Positions 38,278 to 52,800 of a DNA stretch of 64,000 bases are shown here, piece by piece. The stretch's first letter is position 1. Each line of letters begins with the position of its first letter. The position numbers were made by a program, and so were the translations under genes. Source of the stretch: Daphnia carinata (taxonomy: Eukaryota); the NCBI RefSeq assembly GCF_022539665.2, contig NC_081331.1, positions 2,790,001 through 2,854,000 of the forward strand. Reading direction: 5' to 3'. The notes under the pieces were generated by a model, which saw only the letters and a program-made list of their open reading frames with translations, was not told the DNA's origin and did not search any database.

Positions 38278-41200
38278 TTATCGCGGGATGAGTCTCGTTC
38301 GAAGCATGGCAAATCCGATGAATAGAAATGTACAAGGAATGGACGATGTTGGCGGCAGGCTGGACGAACTCGAAGTTTTCGCGACAATGTCCACCTGCTG
38401 TTGATCTGGCGACGTGGTCGTGATAAGGGAAGAGAGTGAGCGTTGGACTCCAGGTGCAGGACTAGACAAGGAAGATGTTTGCCACGCAAGCCGATACTGG
38501 ACAGGTACCGTATTGAAAGCTTGAAGCCTAAATTTCAAAATTCATATGTCTTGTTCAAAAGTCAAGAAACCATGTTGAGCTTAAGACTCTTACCTGATGG
38601 CCATGGCGTTCAGACCACTTGGCATAGCAAAGACGTGTTTCTCGTTGCTGTCTGGACACAGAACGTCAATAACGGAGCCGAGCTGATTTGGCCACTTGTC
38701 ATCGTAGTAGAGCAACGTCAAATTCCATTCTTGGCAGTCTCCTATGTCAGGAAGTACGTCGTAGTACCTAATTAACTAATGAGAAGAGCCGTATATATAT
38801 ATGTACCTTGATCGGGTGTATAAATCGAGGCAGTCCATAATTCCGTCGGTTTCACCATTGCAATCCATAGACAGTCGGTGTGATGATATCCATCATTGGT
38901 AGATTTTTCCTTCAGGCCAAACAAAGGCGACGATATGGAACCTGTTTTATAATTGAATCATCAACCTTTGATTGTGAACAGTCTCCATGAAAAGAATAAG
39001 ATTAAAACCAGTAGGAGATTCGAGAAATGCTTCCGATCCACATTCATGTCGTGTCGAGAAACGGTAGCTCAAATCAATAGCCAAATCCGGCTGGCCGAAG
39101 CTGAATTCAACCACGTGATGATGGACGGATATACGAGTATTTGACGATAAGCTAACGGGCAGGAAGGCCTTGAAGATGACACGAAAAAAATTTATAAATG
39201 TTCGTTTTTCTGTGGCACACGTTGCATGACTTACCTGGATATCACCGCAAAGACAAACGGTAGACCTGTTGGACATAACTAGGGTGATGTGGTTAATGAT
39301 ATTAGTATCATTCGTCCTACAGTGACAGCCCTGACGATCACATTCCGTGTAACAACGACCATCGTTTTTCATTTGGCTGGCGGTCACCTAAAATATTTCA
39401 ATTTTAATCATGAAAATCTTTTTATTCGTTTAATATATTTATCATACAGTGAGCGTGACAGATTTCCTTTCTTCGGGATCGAACGTGGACGTACAGTTAA
39501 ACGGGCCGACAACTGACCAGAAAATGGTCGAATCGAAAGAATTTGATAAACGGCCATTGGACGGGTTCACTGTTGCATCATAATGAGCATCGCATAAAGT
39601 TCCAGGGAGTCTGAAACCTTCCAACTCTGTTCGAAAAACAAAAACTCTATCGTGTTACCTTTTAATTGTTCATTAACCCAGAGGGGAAAAACCCGTTACC
39701 ATTGAAATAGGCAAAAGCTCCTTCAATAACCTGATCATCTCCTGTGACAGGATCCATACGGAAGCGAATGGAAAGACTGGCGTTGTTGGAGTGGATCAGG
39801 TACGGCTGATTAAATCTGTTAGACACGAACAAATGTCAACATTTTCTTCATTAACTCTTTCATGAACGAATTTATTTTCAAAACTTGGCGTTGTCAAAGA
39901 CGATCGACGATCAAAAGTTTGATAACTGCCATAACAATTCGAAGAGATTGCTCAAGAAACCTTGTGTAAGAGTTCCTGGATTTCTTCCAGGCGGGACTGC
40001 AGATCTTTTGGCGCGGCGAAGACGAGCTCCATCTGACATCGAGGGCTCCTTCGTGAATTTCCATGAAAGAAGTACAGTCGGCTCCCCTTTAAGCATATTA
40101 TCAATAATAAGATCAATGCACGTGGATAGGTATTAGTCGACTATTCTTATAAGGAGGACTCTCAACTTTTCTCTCCAAACCGAGAGCGCCTCTGCCGTTT
40201 GATCGACAACAACTGAAAACTTTCTCGACGCAGTTGAGCGGCTCTTTATAATACACACATGCATACACACACAGACAGAGAGAGACAGAAAAGAAAGAGG
40301 AATGTGCACATAGGAGAGAAGATGGGCTTATGTACATGTAACTTACGTGATGTTGAACGCCAGTAAATTGATCTGGACGCTTTGTCCCGGTTGAGCGGGG
40401 AAAGTGAAGGAGCACGGCGCTGGCCAAACTCTCCAGGCTGTAGTCGACGTGCTGAAAAAGCCGGACCAGCGATTCATCATCGTCTCGCCTGCTACGCCGC
40501 TGTTTGTCGCGTTCGGCCGGATCACGTAGTCGCAAACTGCGTGGGCTTGCCTCTCCACGGCGCGGAAGGCACCGCCTATGTTAACACAACCGCCGAATCA
40601 AAAACAATTTTTTTTTCACTTATTAAATAAATATGAAAATCTATCAAATGAAACCTCGAAAATGTGTTTTTGAATTCTGTAAACCAAATAAAATCAATCA
40701 ATCAAATCTTTCAATGACAACGCTTTCCAATTGTTAAATGATGAAAATATTTCGCCGGTGCGAACGAGGAAAAAAAAAAAGGAAAAATTGATATAACAAA
40801 TGGAACACAGAGAAGTGAAGAGTTCCAGCATAGAGCTTCGATTAATCCAGCTCGGCTGTTGTATGAGCATTCGCAACAACCCCAACTTCAATTAGCTGAC
40901 AAAGCTTCCATTCCGCACCCTTTTTATCACTTGAGGCACTATGTCTACTGCCTGTGCATAAATATCCCCCGAGAATGCGACAGGCAAACTCGGAATTCAT
41001 GAGAATTTATAGGGACTGCCATTCATTATCACAACGCCTCGGCAAAAGAAGCTTATCTGTTGGAATTAAGCTACGCTTCACCCAGATGGTCACAACTTTT
41101 GTATGCCGTAATAAGCTCCTGCTATGAGATAGAAACTCTGACATCTTTTAAACAGATAAATAAAAAATTTAAAACTTTTCTTCGCTTTCATACTTGGAAT

Positions 41201-44200
41201 GCCTTCTGGTTGATGAGGATTTAGTTGATTTTTCGAATGAGTGCCACGGCTGTGTAATTGCGGTGGCTGTGCGTCCATCTCTCGAAAAGTTAAATGGGCC
41301 AGGAATCCATTGAACACGTACGGAGGTAACAGAGCCCCCGAGCTGCGTCCGACGAACGGCACAGCAGGAGAAAACAGAACAAACGAACAAAAGGCGTAGC
41401 GCTTTGAAATGTGGTTTCATTCCGCAAAATATTTAAAAAAAACGGAGCTCCACACGTCTATATTTCATAATCATACTGAAAGCATTTGTACAATTCCAAC
41501 TAACTTGAATTCAACAGCGACGTCAGGGCCGTAAGTGGTGAATTGGACTGTCTCCTGCCCGCACAGAGTAGTATGAACGCGTCCATTGATCAAAATTCGC
41601 ACGTAGTCCGTTTTACAGCGTCTATACAAGTGTTAGGTTCGGCGAATATGTAAAATTCAATTGAAGTGTGCCAGCCCGCCTTGCCTGAAAGCTCATTGCC
41701 TCGTGCAAGGGGGGAAGTGAAATGCGATAACGATATCCTTACTGAGCAGGTAGTTGAACTGAAATGAAGTGCAGCGTTAATGGCTGGAAGGGCGACTGCA
41801 GGGCGACATGAAATCGACAGGTTCGGTTCGGTGGATACAGTCCAGGGTAACCCGGACTGGCCATCCGACACGTGTTGTTGTAGCGACCGTCCGTGACGCA
41901 GTCCGATTGCTGGTAATGCCAGTCGCAAACTACAAAGGTTACGAATTAATAATCGAAATTTGAAATCTCTTCCTTAATTAAATGCAGTTGTATTATAGAA
42001 ACAAGGGCGGGTGTGTCAATCTAGAGTACTTAGTCTCCAAAAGGGGGGTGTTGAGGGGAAATGCTATGAAAAGCAAATTATGCACATATAAATGACCTGA
42101 ACCGTGAACGGGCGTGCCTCCGATTGTTTGCAGTCCCAGCTGCGCTGAATGCCCGATGGGTGTGAAACTGAAATGAGCCAACAGTTTGCCACGTCTGGTG
42201 AATTCTCCAGATCTGTAATTTTCAAGACGAAACTAGAGCATTACACCACGAGCAGCAGATGTGTTTGTACACAGTTTAACGCAAACAAACGAAAAGGAGT
42301 AAAAAAAAAAAATCAAAACACATTTGAAAATATCGAGATTCTGTTTTGCGTGAGATACAAACACATTCATCAATCATTGAACGATGATGTTGTTATGACA
42401 CGAAAATGAGGGCTTTCATTGATCCAGTCTGAAACATTTGATGACATTGATCGAGTGGAAATTTATGTACCCGTGCGCGAATGTTTACGATCAATAGCAA
42501 AATAGACCGCACCCATACATTTACATAACGTTGAGGTGTCTTCCCAAAAAAGAAAACGAAATGAGGCTAAGGAAAAAAAACTCACTTGAGCACAAGTGTG
42601 GCTGGCGAAATGTCATCATCCGAGAAGAGCAAAGCCGGTGGTGAATAGCGTTCATTAGCGCCGCACAATGTCCATGAGTGCTGCTGCGGTAGCGAACCGG
42701 AAACGGCGCTTTCAATACTACTAATGCCGCTATTCGTCAACCACTCAAGCTGGCCTCCGGTGCACCTTTTGTCCCCCACAAAAACAAATCGACAAAATAT
42801 TGATTTTTTTTTTATAGTTTCTTTAATTATTAGTAAAAAGAAGGAATGAAATACTTTGATTGGTTGAGATAGCCGGTGTCGACCAGTCGATAGATTTGAA
42901 GTTCGATACGATAGCCAGGCTCGGGAACGAGTTTGTACCAGCAGTGCTGATGTTCGTGAAGTTCAAGCGATTTAATTTGACCGTAACGTAGACGTGAAGA
43001 GGAATACAATTGGCTTGCATCCAATGTGACGTTACACACTGTTCGAAAAAAATAAAAAAATACAACATTAGAAATAAAAAAGAGAAGGAGAGTTACATAA
43101 GAATAAATGATTATTCGTGCAGGCACCGTTGTGGGAAACTTATCAAAACGGACCGGTTATTGGATGATGGATGGCGTCTAATGAGAAACGGCTCTATAGG
43201 AGGACTATGTTCTTAACTATCCATAATAGATATTCGGGCAGCGAAATTGCTGATGTATATTTAATGATGTATTATCCTCGTGTCTTCAATACATCAAACA
43301 CTAGATAAGGGACAGTGGCATGTCCATTTTTTTTTTGTTTTGGTTTTTTTGCAGCGGAGGTTTATGACGTGCAACTTTCCGCAGACATAATCTTGATCAA
43401 TAATTCAACCAGCGACATAAGCAACGCTGCAGGCACTATATGTATAAACGCAACATGCCGTAGCAAAAGGTAATTTGACGTGCCTTGGACAAAATGGGTC
43501 GTGCAAACGCCAACCAATATGTATGCCCTTTTATTTAGCTGGAAAATGCTGCTGTCTAACACAGACATTTAATCCCTACATACTTTCGAGTCGCGTATAA
43601 ATAGGTTAGACAACAAATGACGTCACGTCGTTTGCCCAAGGAAATGTGAAATCGATACTTGCATGTAGTTTATAAAAAAAAATATTTATTTGTTCTGCTT
43701 TGCATACATGGACCCTGTAGCGGCTAAGGACTTAACTTGTCTTTTGTATGTCTTCTTAATTCGCATAGGATCGATAATCGACAAGACAGCTAGCCATAAT
43801 CCGACCGAGTCCCAACATTTCATCTAATTTATATCCAGGAAAAGATGACAAGATAAAAACAAAACAAAAAATATTTTTTTTGATATCGGAACATTTGAAT
43901 AAAGAGTGGTGCTTGTTTGCCAAAAGTGCTCTTATATAAAAACAAAAGAAAAAACAATACTCGTCAAACGTCTTGACAATAAACGGAACAGCTGCGCTTC
44001 CGCCTTAAAGCGCTTCCGGGGGAGGTCTGTTGACTTATATGCGTGTATGCATCGCCTGTTTAGTTCAGATTTATTATTTCGCTTGACAAGCGATTCAAGA
44101 AAAAGAAAAGAGAAACTGACAGGCATTGTGTTGTATGTTTGAAGGGGGAGAAATCAAGAGAAGCGGGTGATTCAATCAGCAGCTGACGACCGCGTTCGCC

Positions 44201-46802
44201 GCCAACAAGCTAAACAACCGATGTAGCATCAAAAACAAACAAATGGGGAAAAATTTATGTATCCAATAGGCGTTTTGTCGAATTTATTCGCCTATACATA
44301 CACACAAAAAAACGGCGCAATAGCTGAGTCTATTCACGTCCCAATCAGTTATTCGATCGACTGTACTTTTCAAAAATAGTTTGTTCTTTTGTAAGGAAAA
44401 GACTTTTAATGCTTTCGTGTGGAACCCAATAAAACGGAGCAATTTTTTTATTAAATGCCGTTTGTGCAGACGACACACACGTCGTGATACACGCACACAT
44501 CCCCCCCCCCCCCCCCCCCCCCGCGTTAGGTTAGGTTAGCAATAAACTTATTGCTCAGACATTTACTGGTAACGCGCTATTCACCTCGAACGTGCGAACT
44601 GTTCAATAAACTAAGAAACGTAAAAATATGTTAAGTAGAAACAATAAACGCTTGGGTGATATTTGTAAAGGTGTCGCAAGGTTCAAGTGTCAAACAAAAA
44701 TCAACACAAAAAATATATAACTATATTTTTATTTGCTATAACATTTTCAAATGTTGCCTTTTGTTGGCAGCCATTCAGTCATCTATCAGTTCGCCTCTTT
44801 TTTTTTAAATCCTATTTGCTATTCTGCCGACGAATGCCTTTCATCTAAATGAACAACTAAAAGAACGTGAGTGAAACAAAACGTGTTTTTTTTTTTCTAA
44901 ACGACTGGAACTATGGTGTTACTACGCTTCCAAAATAGATGGAGCAAAAAGGTCACCTGAATTATTGAATGAATTGATTTAAGTCTCTTCAAATGTGTTC
45001 GAGAGAACAGGCTGTGCGTACAAACGAAAAAAAGAAAAATTATTTATCGCAAGTCGACGCTTTCTTCAATCAGACGATCGATAAAGATCCAACGTGCCAA
45101 GGCATGTCACGTATCCAAGCCTAAAACGATCGAAAAGGGTTTTTTTTTACTAATCGAACCGAATTGCTAACGATGAACTTGTTACTTTAAAGCTAGTTCT
45201 GAAAATGTCAAATATTTTAGAAGAAAACTAAAATCACATTCAGTTTGTCATCAAACGTAATATCCCAATAAGAACGTACAAATGTCAATCAATTTTTTCT
45301 TTTAGTTTTCCGTCGTGGAAGTACATCCGTTTCCTGAAACCGTTGGCAGGAACATGCTAGGATGTTGCGAATGCTCTTAAATGTCTCGTACATATATATT
45401 CCTCATCTCCGAAAACTGATTGCTTCGCCCTCCGGTGTATGCTCAACTTTTCAACAAATCTAGCGCGTCTTGCATTAAAATACATTTGAATAATTTGAAG
45501 AACCTATCTATAGATGCCAAAAATGATTACATTCGTGAAATCGTGGGGCATTTCGTATGTTTTGCAATACACGTTCAATATATAGAAGATGTGCGATGTA
45601 CGTAAGGTAGAATCATAGAGGTAGTAAAAATATAACATATACGACCTTAACTTATCAAATTGCATCTAAGGAGCTCACGTTGCCTAGCAACCGCCACAGC
45701 TGTAACGCAATTGCGTCTTTTTCGCGTTTTCTAATTCATCTATCAATTGAATTCAATGTAGAAAAAAAAATTCTCTACAGCTAAAGGAAAAGAAAAATTT
45801 TGCATTCTAGTCGATGTTGAAATAAAGCTTATGTAGCTATGTTGTTACTACAATAGTGTGACTAAAGGGAACAGCTATTGAGAGCTTTCTATGGTCACGG
45901 CGAGGATCGATAAGAGTTAATTGGTTACTTGACACAGGATGGGGAAAAAGAGGGAGACACTTACTCTGATCGCATTGTTGTTCGAGCCCGCACTGGGCGC
46001 AGCGGTAGGGCACTTTGGGGCCGCACTGGCAGGCCCCTGCGTGAGCGCAGCAAGCGCACGTCTTGATGCTCTTGTTGCCTCCACCGCCTTTGACTCCTTG
46101 TCCCGACTGCTGGTGATGATCTTGACTGGAACAGGCACATCCGCTGCTCGTCTTGGTCCACATATCAACTTCGCCTAAATGTGTGAAATCGCATCTCGTT
46201 ATTTAAATTACGTACTATCGCCCAACATTGGTGTCATTTCAATCATTCTGAAGAACATACATGGGCATCAAACTGAAATCGTTTTCTAATGCAGATTTAA
46301 TAGCCTGTATACGCGTTAGGCTTTTGTATATGATGGATATTTAGTCCCTCCCTTCGTATTTTGTTCTTTTTTTTGTTATTATGACGATTGTCGTTATTAC
46401 TTCCGCCCGCTTGATTTCCCATTCCTTCTTTTCGCCACAGAGGGTCTCCTTACTCACCCAGCGCCTTTTGTCTTCATTGCAAAAGGAAGAAAAGTCAAAC
46501 AAAAGAAATGATAGAGCTGCTCATAAAAATTCTTGCCGGCCAATAAATGTTGGTTATTAATCACGTCGAATACATGGCAAACATAGCTATATGAAAATAG
46601 AAAACAATTCTAAATGAAAACACACGAAGGCGGGGTTTATAAAAGGAAAATAAATAATATAGGACTCACTTCGGGCTGTGATTCCAATCGGCGTCCAAAC
46701 GAGATGTCCCGAATCGACGAAATCTCCGACTGTACCGGAAGTGTTGGCCACCGGAAATCGACTGACCATCACTACGAAGAAGATGATGAAAAATGTGGAC
46801 AT
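38278..46802 (-). CDS. Multi-CUB-domain extracellular/cell-surface protein with C-terminal Ser/Thr-rich stalk and hydrophobic tail
   Basis: Signal-like MSTFFIIFFVVMVSRFPVA (ATG 46802), Cys-rich exon ~45965-46175, CUB-like exons (HQHCWYKLVPEPGYRIELQIYRLVDTG; GFRLPGTLCDAHYD; DCQEWNLTLLYYD..VIDVLCPDS), end SSIPCTFLFIGFAMLRTRLIPR*. Some internal boundaries not fully resolved. Confidence 0.72.
44501..44539. repeat. Poly-C run (~22 nt) followed by TTAGG repeats
   Basis: cccc...ccgcgTTAGGTTAGGTTAG in an intron of the CUB gene. Confidence 0.7.
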
Positions 46803-49800
46803 TTTGGTGAAGTACTCGGATGAATAATCAAACGTCGTCCGCCTGTAAGCGGACTGTTCGTATTGGCTGGTTGTTGTGTGTTGAACTTTAGAATTCATGT
46901 CGACACTATCGATTTGCTTTGGCCTCAGAATAAAATTTGTTTTTCTGCAAAGATCACACGCAGAATAATTCGCTGTATTGTTATACGCTATACTAAACAG
47001 CTGTTCACGTTTGGCCATTCAGAGTTACACGAGTCTGGACAGATCTTGGTCACGCCCGCAACTGAACGCGTTGTAGGAAGTTTTCATAGGAAACACAAGT
47101 GAACGCGCGATCGTTGCTGTTACACGTCCGTTTTCACGTTCGAACTGTTTTTTTCTCTTTCTCCCCTTTTCGTGTTTCAATAGTTTTAAGAGCTCTGCAG
47201 TCTATAAGTCCGCCATCCGGCCGTTTGTCACGAAACTCTTATATATACTCTGCCTTTTTTTTCCTTGGTATTGGTCTCTCCACCTCTTTGCACTTTAGGC
47301 GATCATTCCCTTTTTGTAGAATTGTTCTTCTCTCTTCGTCGATTCCTTTTCTTTTCAGTTCTGAATTAGAGAAAAGGGAAAGAAACAAACAAAAAGTGGG
47401 AAGTTACAATAGTGATTTCAAAGATCGTCACGATTTTTTTCCGTATAGCAAAAAGTAAAAAAATAAAATAAATGAGAATAAAATTAGATTTGAAGTTTTA
47501 TGTAGCATATATATGTGGTCACATTTATGTATAGAGCGAATTTTTCTGCCAATAAGGTGGAAAGAAAAAAAGAATATAAAAGGACAAATATATTTTTCAG
47601 AGACGATTAGACGGACGTCTGTATACACAAACAGAAAGCCTTTGGGGTGGGTTATTATTTGTTTGCACCCAGCACGCATAAAGAGAAACTCTAAGCCGAA
47701 AAGAGAAAAGAAAATAATACATATAGAAAGAGAAACATCATTCTCTCCAGAGGATGAGAAACCATGAAAGGAAGCGGTTGGATCGATCTCTTAGAAAAAA
47801 ATGGTGGAACAAACAATAAGCCAACAAATATTTTTGTTTTCCCTTTAAAAAATAACATTTTAATGTTATTTTTTGAATATGTATATCAGCAACTGTCACA
47901 CGACTGCGCAACATCTGTGTCTCGAACGACATAACCGAAAAACATTAAATAATTCCATTCCATTTTCTGTGTTCGATTTGGATGTGTAAAACCAGTTGTT
48001 TTGATGCAGATTTTGAACTGTGGTAACTATGCGCACCGATAATCTGACAAGTTGAGACTTGCCCTGTGAAGATGATACATCGACTTTATGAGATGCAAAT
48101 GACATGCTGGTCGGCAGAATAAAACAAAAAGTTATCCTCTCCCAAATCCTCGAATCCTATAAATAATGGGGCGCACAACTATGGAACGAGTAAAATCCAA
48201 TTTATCGACCCGATGTCATTTAAATTATACGCTATAATTAATATAATACAATACACTTTTCATATACATATGTATGTATATATATAGAGGCCCAGGGTAT
48301 ATAAACACGTATTGCATCAAAGCAAGGGATTACGTATTGATTTCACATAAATCCTTATATCTATATTGCATTACACGCTCTAAATGGTTTATATCTTTTT
48401 ATATTTGTAGCAAACTCGCTAACTGGATCCCAGATCGAATAAAGTCTCTATTACATGCGTGGGTTGATGTCCTCGTTCTATAAGAAACCCTGTGTCATCT
48501 GTTTATAGCAGAACAGCATATGCTAATATTGCTGATGTAACGACATTATTCATCACCTTGCGTTGTAATTAACGACGCGGCCTTAAGTCGAAAGGAGAAA
48601 ATTGAAATAGAGTGCTCTACCGTTCCGAATTGAAAAAAATCGATAAATCATGAATTAGATAGGCGGGAACGGCCATTGACGTGATTAGCATGATTTTCGT
48701 GCCAGCCGTTTACATGCCGATGAATCAATTGCAGTTCCCTTTCCGTTCTTTTTTTTTATTTACTAAGACGCGTTCTGTTAACCATACATCAGTATTCTAC
48801 TTTCCCATTTCGTATAATATTCATCAATGTATAGGGATGAAAACAAGCCCGCGGATCGCTCTCCATCAAATCGCTGCAGTATATCTATAATGTCTAATTC
48901 TTTTTAGCATCATATGCGCTTTCTTACGGGCATAAAGGATGTAGACTATATATGTACAGACCAATTAATGAATCCTTCAGGGACTCCAGTTCATTAGCCA
49001 AGAGCTTCTTACATAGTTGGAATTCTTTTTTTTTAATGTTCATCTTTTTTTATTTTGCCCGTCTGCTGTTTACACGTGAAATTTAAATAGATCGAAAGTT
49101 TATTATCGTATAATAAAAGAAAATGGTGTTGGACTAATAAAAGGAACTTTTTGCCACTCGGCTTTTTTTTTGTCTGTTATAATAACGTGCTGGATACACC
49201 CGTCTTAAAAAAAAAATTTATCTCTCTGTGTAAATATAAAGAACGAAGGGCTACTTGGCTGTGCTCAGCAACTTTATCTGTAGAGCTCCTAATGTAATAA
49301 CCATACAGCACGAGGTATATGGAAAAGCTAACAGACGTGAGAGAGCTGCTCATACTCACGTCACGTGCCATCCTCGGCGGGGCTAAGTAAATATAGGCAC
49401 AGCCGAAAAAAGTTTTTTTTTTCATTGTCATCGGTTTCCCATATAAATTGCTCTTAACGAACTGCTGCTAAAACGAGTCCCGCCATTCTGTGTTCTACGT
49501 GTTTGAAGTTGAATGTTATTGTAGGTAAGTTATATAATAACAGCCAAGTATAACCACTGTTTTGGCGATAAATAATAAATTGTGAATATTTAAAAGTCTT
49601 TATTCACGTTTGTTATAATGGCAGGAAATATAGTATAAACAATTCAAAGGTTATAATCGTTTTTCTGCAGACTATTAATGAATTCAATGGTTATATATAT
49701 GACAATGCGGTTTATGTTTTATGGACAACTCATCGCCTGTATTTATTTTAAATATTTTTAGGACGTACGGTAGTTAGGGGATCATCATAGGACACAAAAA

Positions 49801-52800
49801 CAAAAGAAAATCATCCTTTAAAAATAAATTCTACGTGGAAAAAAGAAAAAGGATGAATCAAAACGAAATCCCGTGTCTCAAAGTCTAGAAAACAAAAAAA
49901 ACTGAACGATCAAAAGCTCAGAAGTTTGAAAAGAACGGAAAGTGTAATCCTACTATCTGTTTATACATTCCTTGTTTCGTGAATAATAATCTTTACATCC
50001 TTTATGTACTGTAGGTGTGTAGATCTTCCAATCTGCTTCGTGTCTTACGTTTCCCCTCAATTTCCATATGGTCGTATATAAGATCAGCACCAAATCATCG
50101 ATTTCCAATTTTTCTTCTCCGCATACGAAACTGAAAACATCGAATTTATATCTAAGGATCGACGACCCATGTTTTCCTTCCGTTCGTCTGTGGCAACGCC
50201 GCACACTTGTCTCCGAAAAAAACGGAGACGGACGGATCGATCCCTACGAGTTTCGGCGCATCTTTTAAATAAAAAATTGTTGATAAATTTTTCCACGCCT
50301 TTGCGCGTTTAAGAATACGGATCGCGTATTGTCGGCATTGACGTCAGGCATGTACAAAAGAATAGTCGGTTGCAAATTAAACGTCAAAAGTACGGATGAA
50401 TGAAAATGACAGAGAGCGTATATACCAACGGATATTCATCCAGTCAACATCTTTAGCGTAAAAATGCCCTGGTTAAATAATGAAAATTTAGGCAATTTCC
50501 TTTGCATTCTCCCCGCCCAATGTGCCACACATCAAAAAGCCTTAACGCGTTATTTGCGTGCGAAGATGACGTCATTCACACATCATCATGCTTTGCCAAT
50601 AAACCTGTAGTGCTATATGAAGTGTATATATATATATACCAACAGCCACCAGCGGTTTCTTTCAGGGCGCTGATGATTCTCTCGGCCATTCGTATTTGCA
50701 TATGTCGGGTAATTTATACGAAAAAGCTTCTTCCTGCGAATCACTGAACGCTTCAATGTGAATTCAGAACAATCACGATGGCCTGATAGTAGAAAAATGC
50801 CTCCGGACGCATAATCCGCAGATGTCCTTTTCCGAACAATGTGGCCTTATAAAAGACGTATAGATCGCGATACATTCGACAACTCTAATGTATGGGGAAT
50901 AGACTCCGTTCGTGATAGAGACATCAAAAAAGATTCAAGTGTCAGAAAAAAGTAGTGGCAACAATGTGGAGTATCGTTTGCCTTTTCATTGACGAGTCTG
51001 GTGATATGATATCCACTTACATCGAACGTGTTATCTATAAGAAATAAAAAGAATGTTCTTTCTATTATTTCGAATGTTGCATGTAACCTGGGGGGACGTG
51101 CCATCACGCAGTGGTCCACTATTTCAGAAAGACAGCGTTCTCCCTCTCTCTCTCTCTCTCTTCCCCTTATTGTTAAATTTTTCCGGACATCCAGCGGCAC
51201 GTCTTTCGATCCTCCATAGAGAGCACAGTAACTAATCCCACTAGGTACACACACACACAAATGGATATTCTGTCTATGGATAGAGCTGAGCGTATATCTA
51301 TCGGCTAGACGACGTGCCCGTCGCTACACAGCTCCTATCTGCACATATACGAGAAAGGTGTCTATATAGACATGCTAGCACAAAGGAGAAATTCCTATAT
51401 ACATAAAAGGAGGCGCTAGATATCGAGCTTTTATACGAAGTCTTTCTTTCAATTTATCGATGCGTGTGGATGGAAATATAGTGAAAAGGATTTCCTCGAC
51501 TTTTAGAAAGTCCACACCTGTAAGTGATAGAGACCACGAAATAACGTACCGCGACACCTGGGAATACAAATCATTTAAAGTGGGGGAACATTAAAAAAGA
51601 ACGTGACGGAGGATACGAACCCGAGTCTATGGCATTCATTTCGAAAAAGTCATAATCATACGTTTTCTTGTTGGATCGTTGGGGTGGATTGGTGAATTAA
51701 TTGGGACCCAATACGCGTTAAAGAAAAATCTGATCAAAGCCAAACAAACACCTTAGGTAGAGCTACACTTTGATTGTGAATATTAGATAAGAAACGATTT
51801 TTTACAAATGTGTAAAGGACATTGAACGTTGAGATACACGTGAGGGTCTTACACGGTCACGGAGTTCTACTTCAAGCTGTTCAAAAACGCAGACAGCGTT
51901 TTCTGAGAACATTGTCCAATTGCGTGTATGCAATCGGGTTATGAGACACGTCAGAGTTCGCACCATTTGCATAGCCAACGTAAGCAGACACTTGAAACGC
52001 AATGGACTCACAACAATCAAAATGATTTTATTCCTCTGACGAAACGACTTTCTTCCATTGGACTTCAGCTGACGTAAACCTTTATATCTATTTTTTAATA
52101 TACACTTGACGGTCACATCGATAATAGATTTCCATTACATTGGTTCTAATAAATACATTAGTAATTCATTTTGATTCCCGCACCTGAAAATGGAAAAAAC
52201 CAATCGAGTCGTCGCATAACTTTCAAAAAAGTAATTCTATTTTCAACTGTGAATAGATACTTGAATTACGGAGCAAAGTGAACCCGTTTTTAATCTAATT
52301 ACCCATATTGTCGAATCTTTATGCCCTTTTATGGTATAAGTGGAAAATTGTTTGATGTCTGTCAATTTGTCATCTTTTTACGAAATCATTTTGGAACATG
52401 AAAGCCAAGGTTCGTATATAAACGTGAATTTGCATACATTCACAATTGCTATAATTCGTTCTCAAAGATCTACTCAAATGATTCTGAAAAGAGCTTTTCA
52501 GCAGGGTGCAACTCAGTCGAATAAATGAATGGTAAATGAGCACTATACACAAAGCTATAGGGCGTACAAGTCAGTACGTTTGAATAATCTCTTTCGTTAT
52601 TACGTTATTCTATGCAAAGCGCAGTTATATATACTTATATCAATACTGGATTTGTTCACGCACTAACGCTTACCAGCATTTAACTTTGATTTTCCCAAAT
52701 CATTTACAATTTGCTTGACAACTTGCGTGCGTCAGGCCTTGCAGCACAGTACAAATGAAATTAGATATATCAAAAGTGTGTGTGTGTAGTTGCAACAGTT

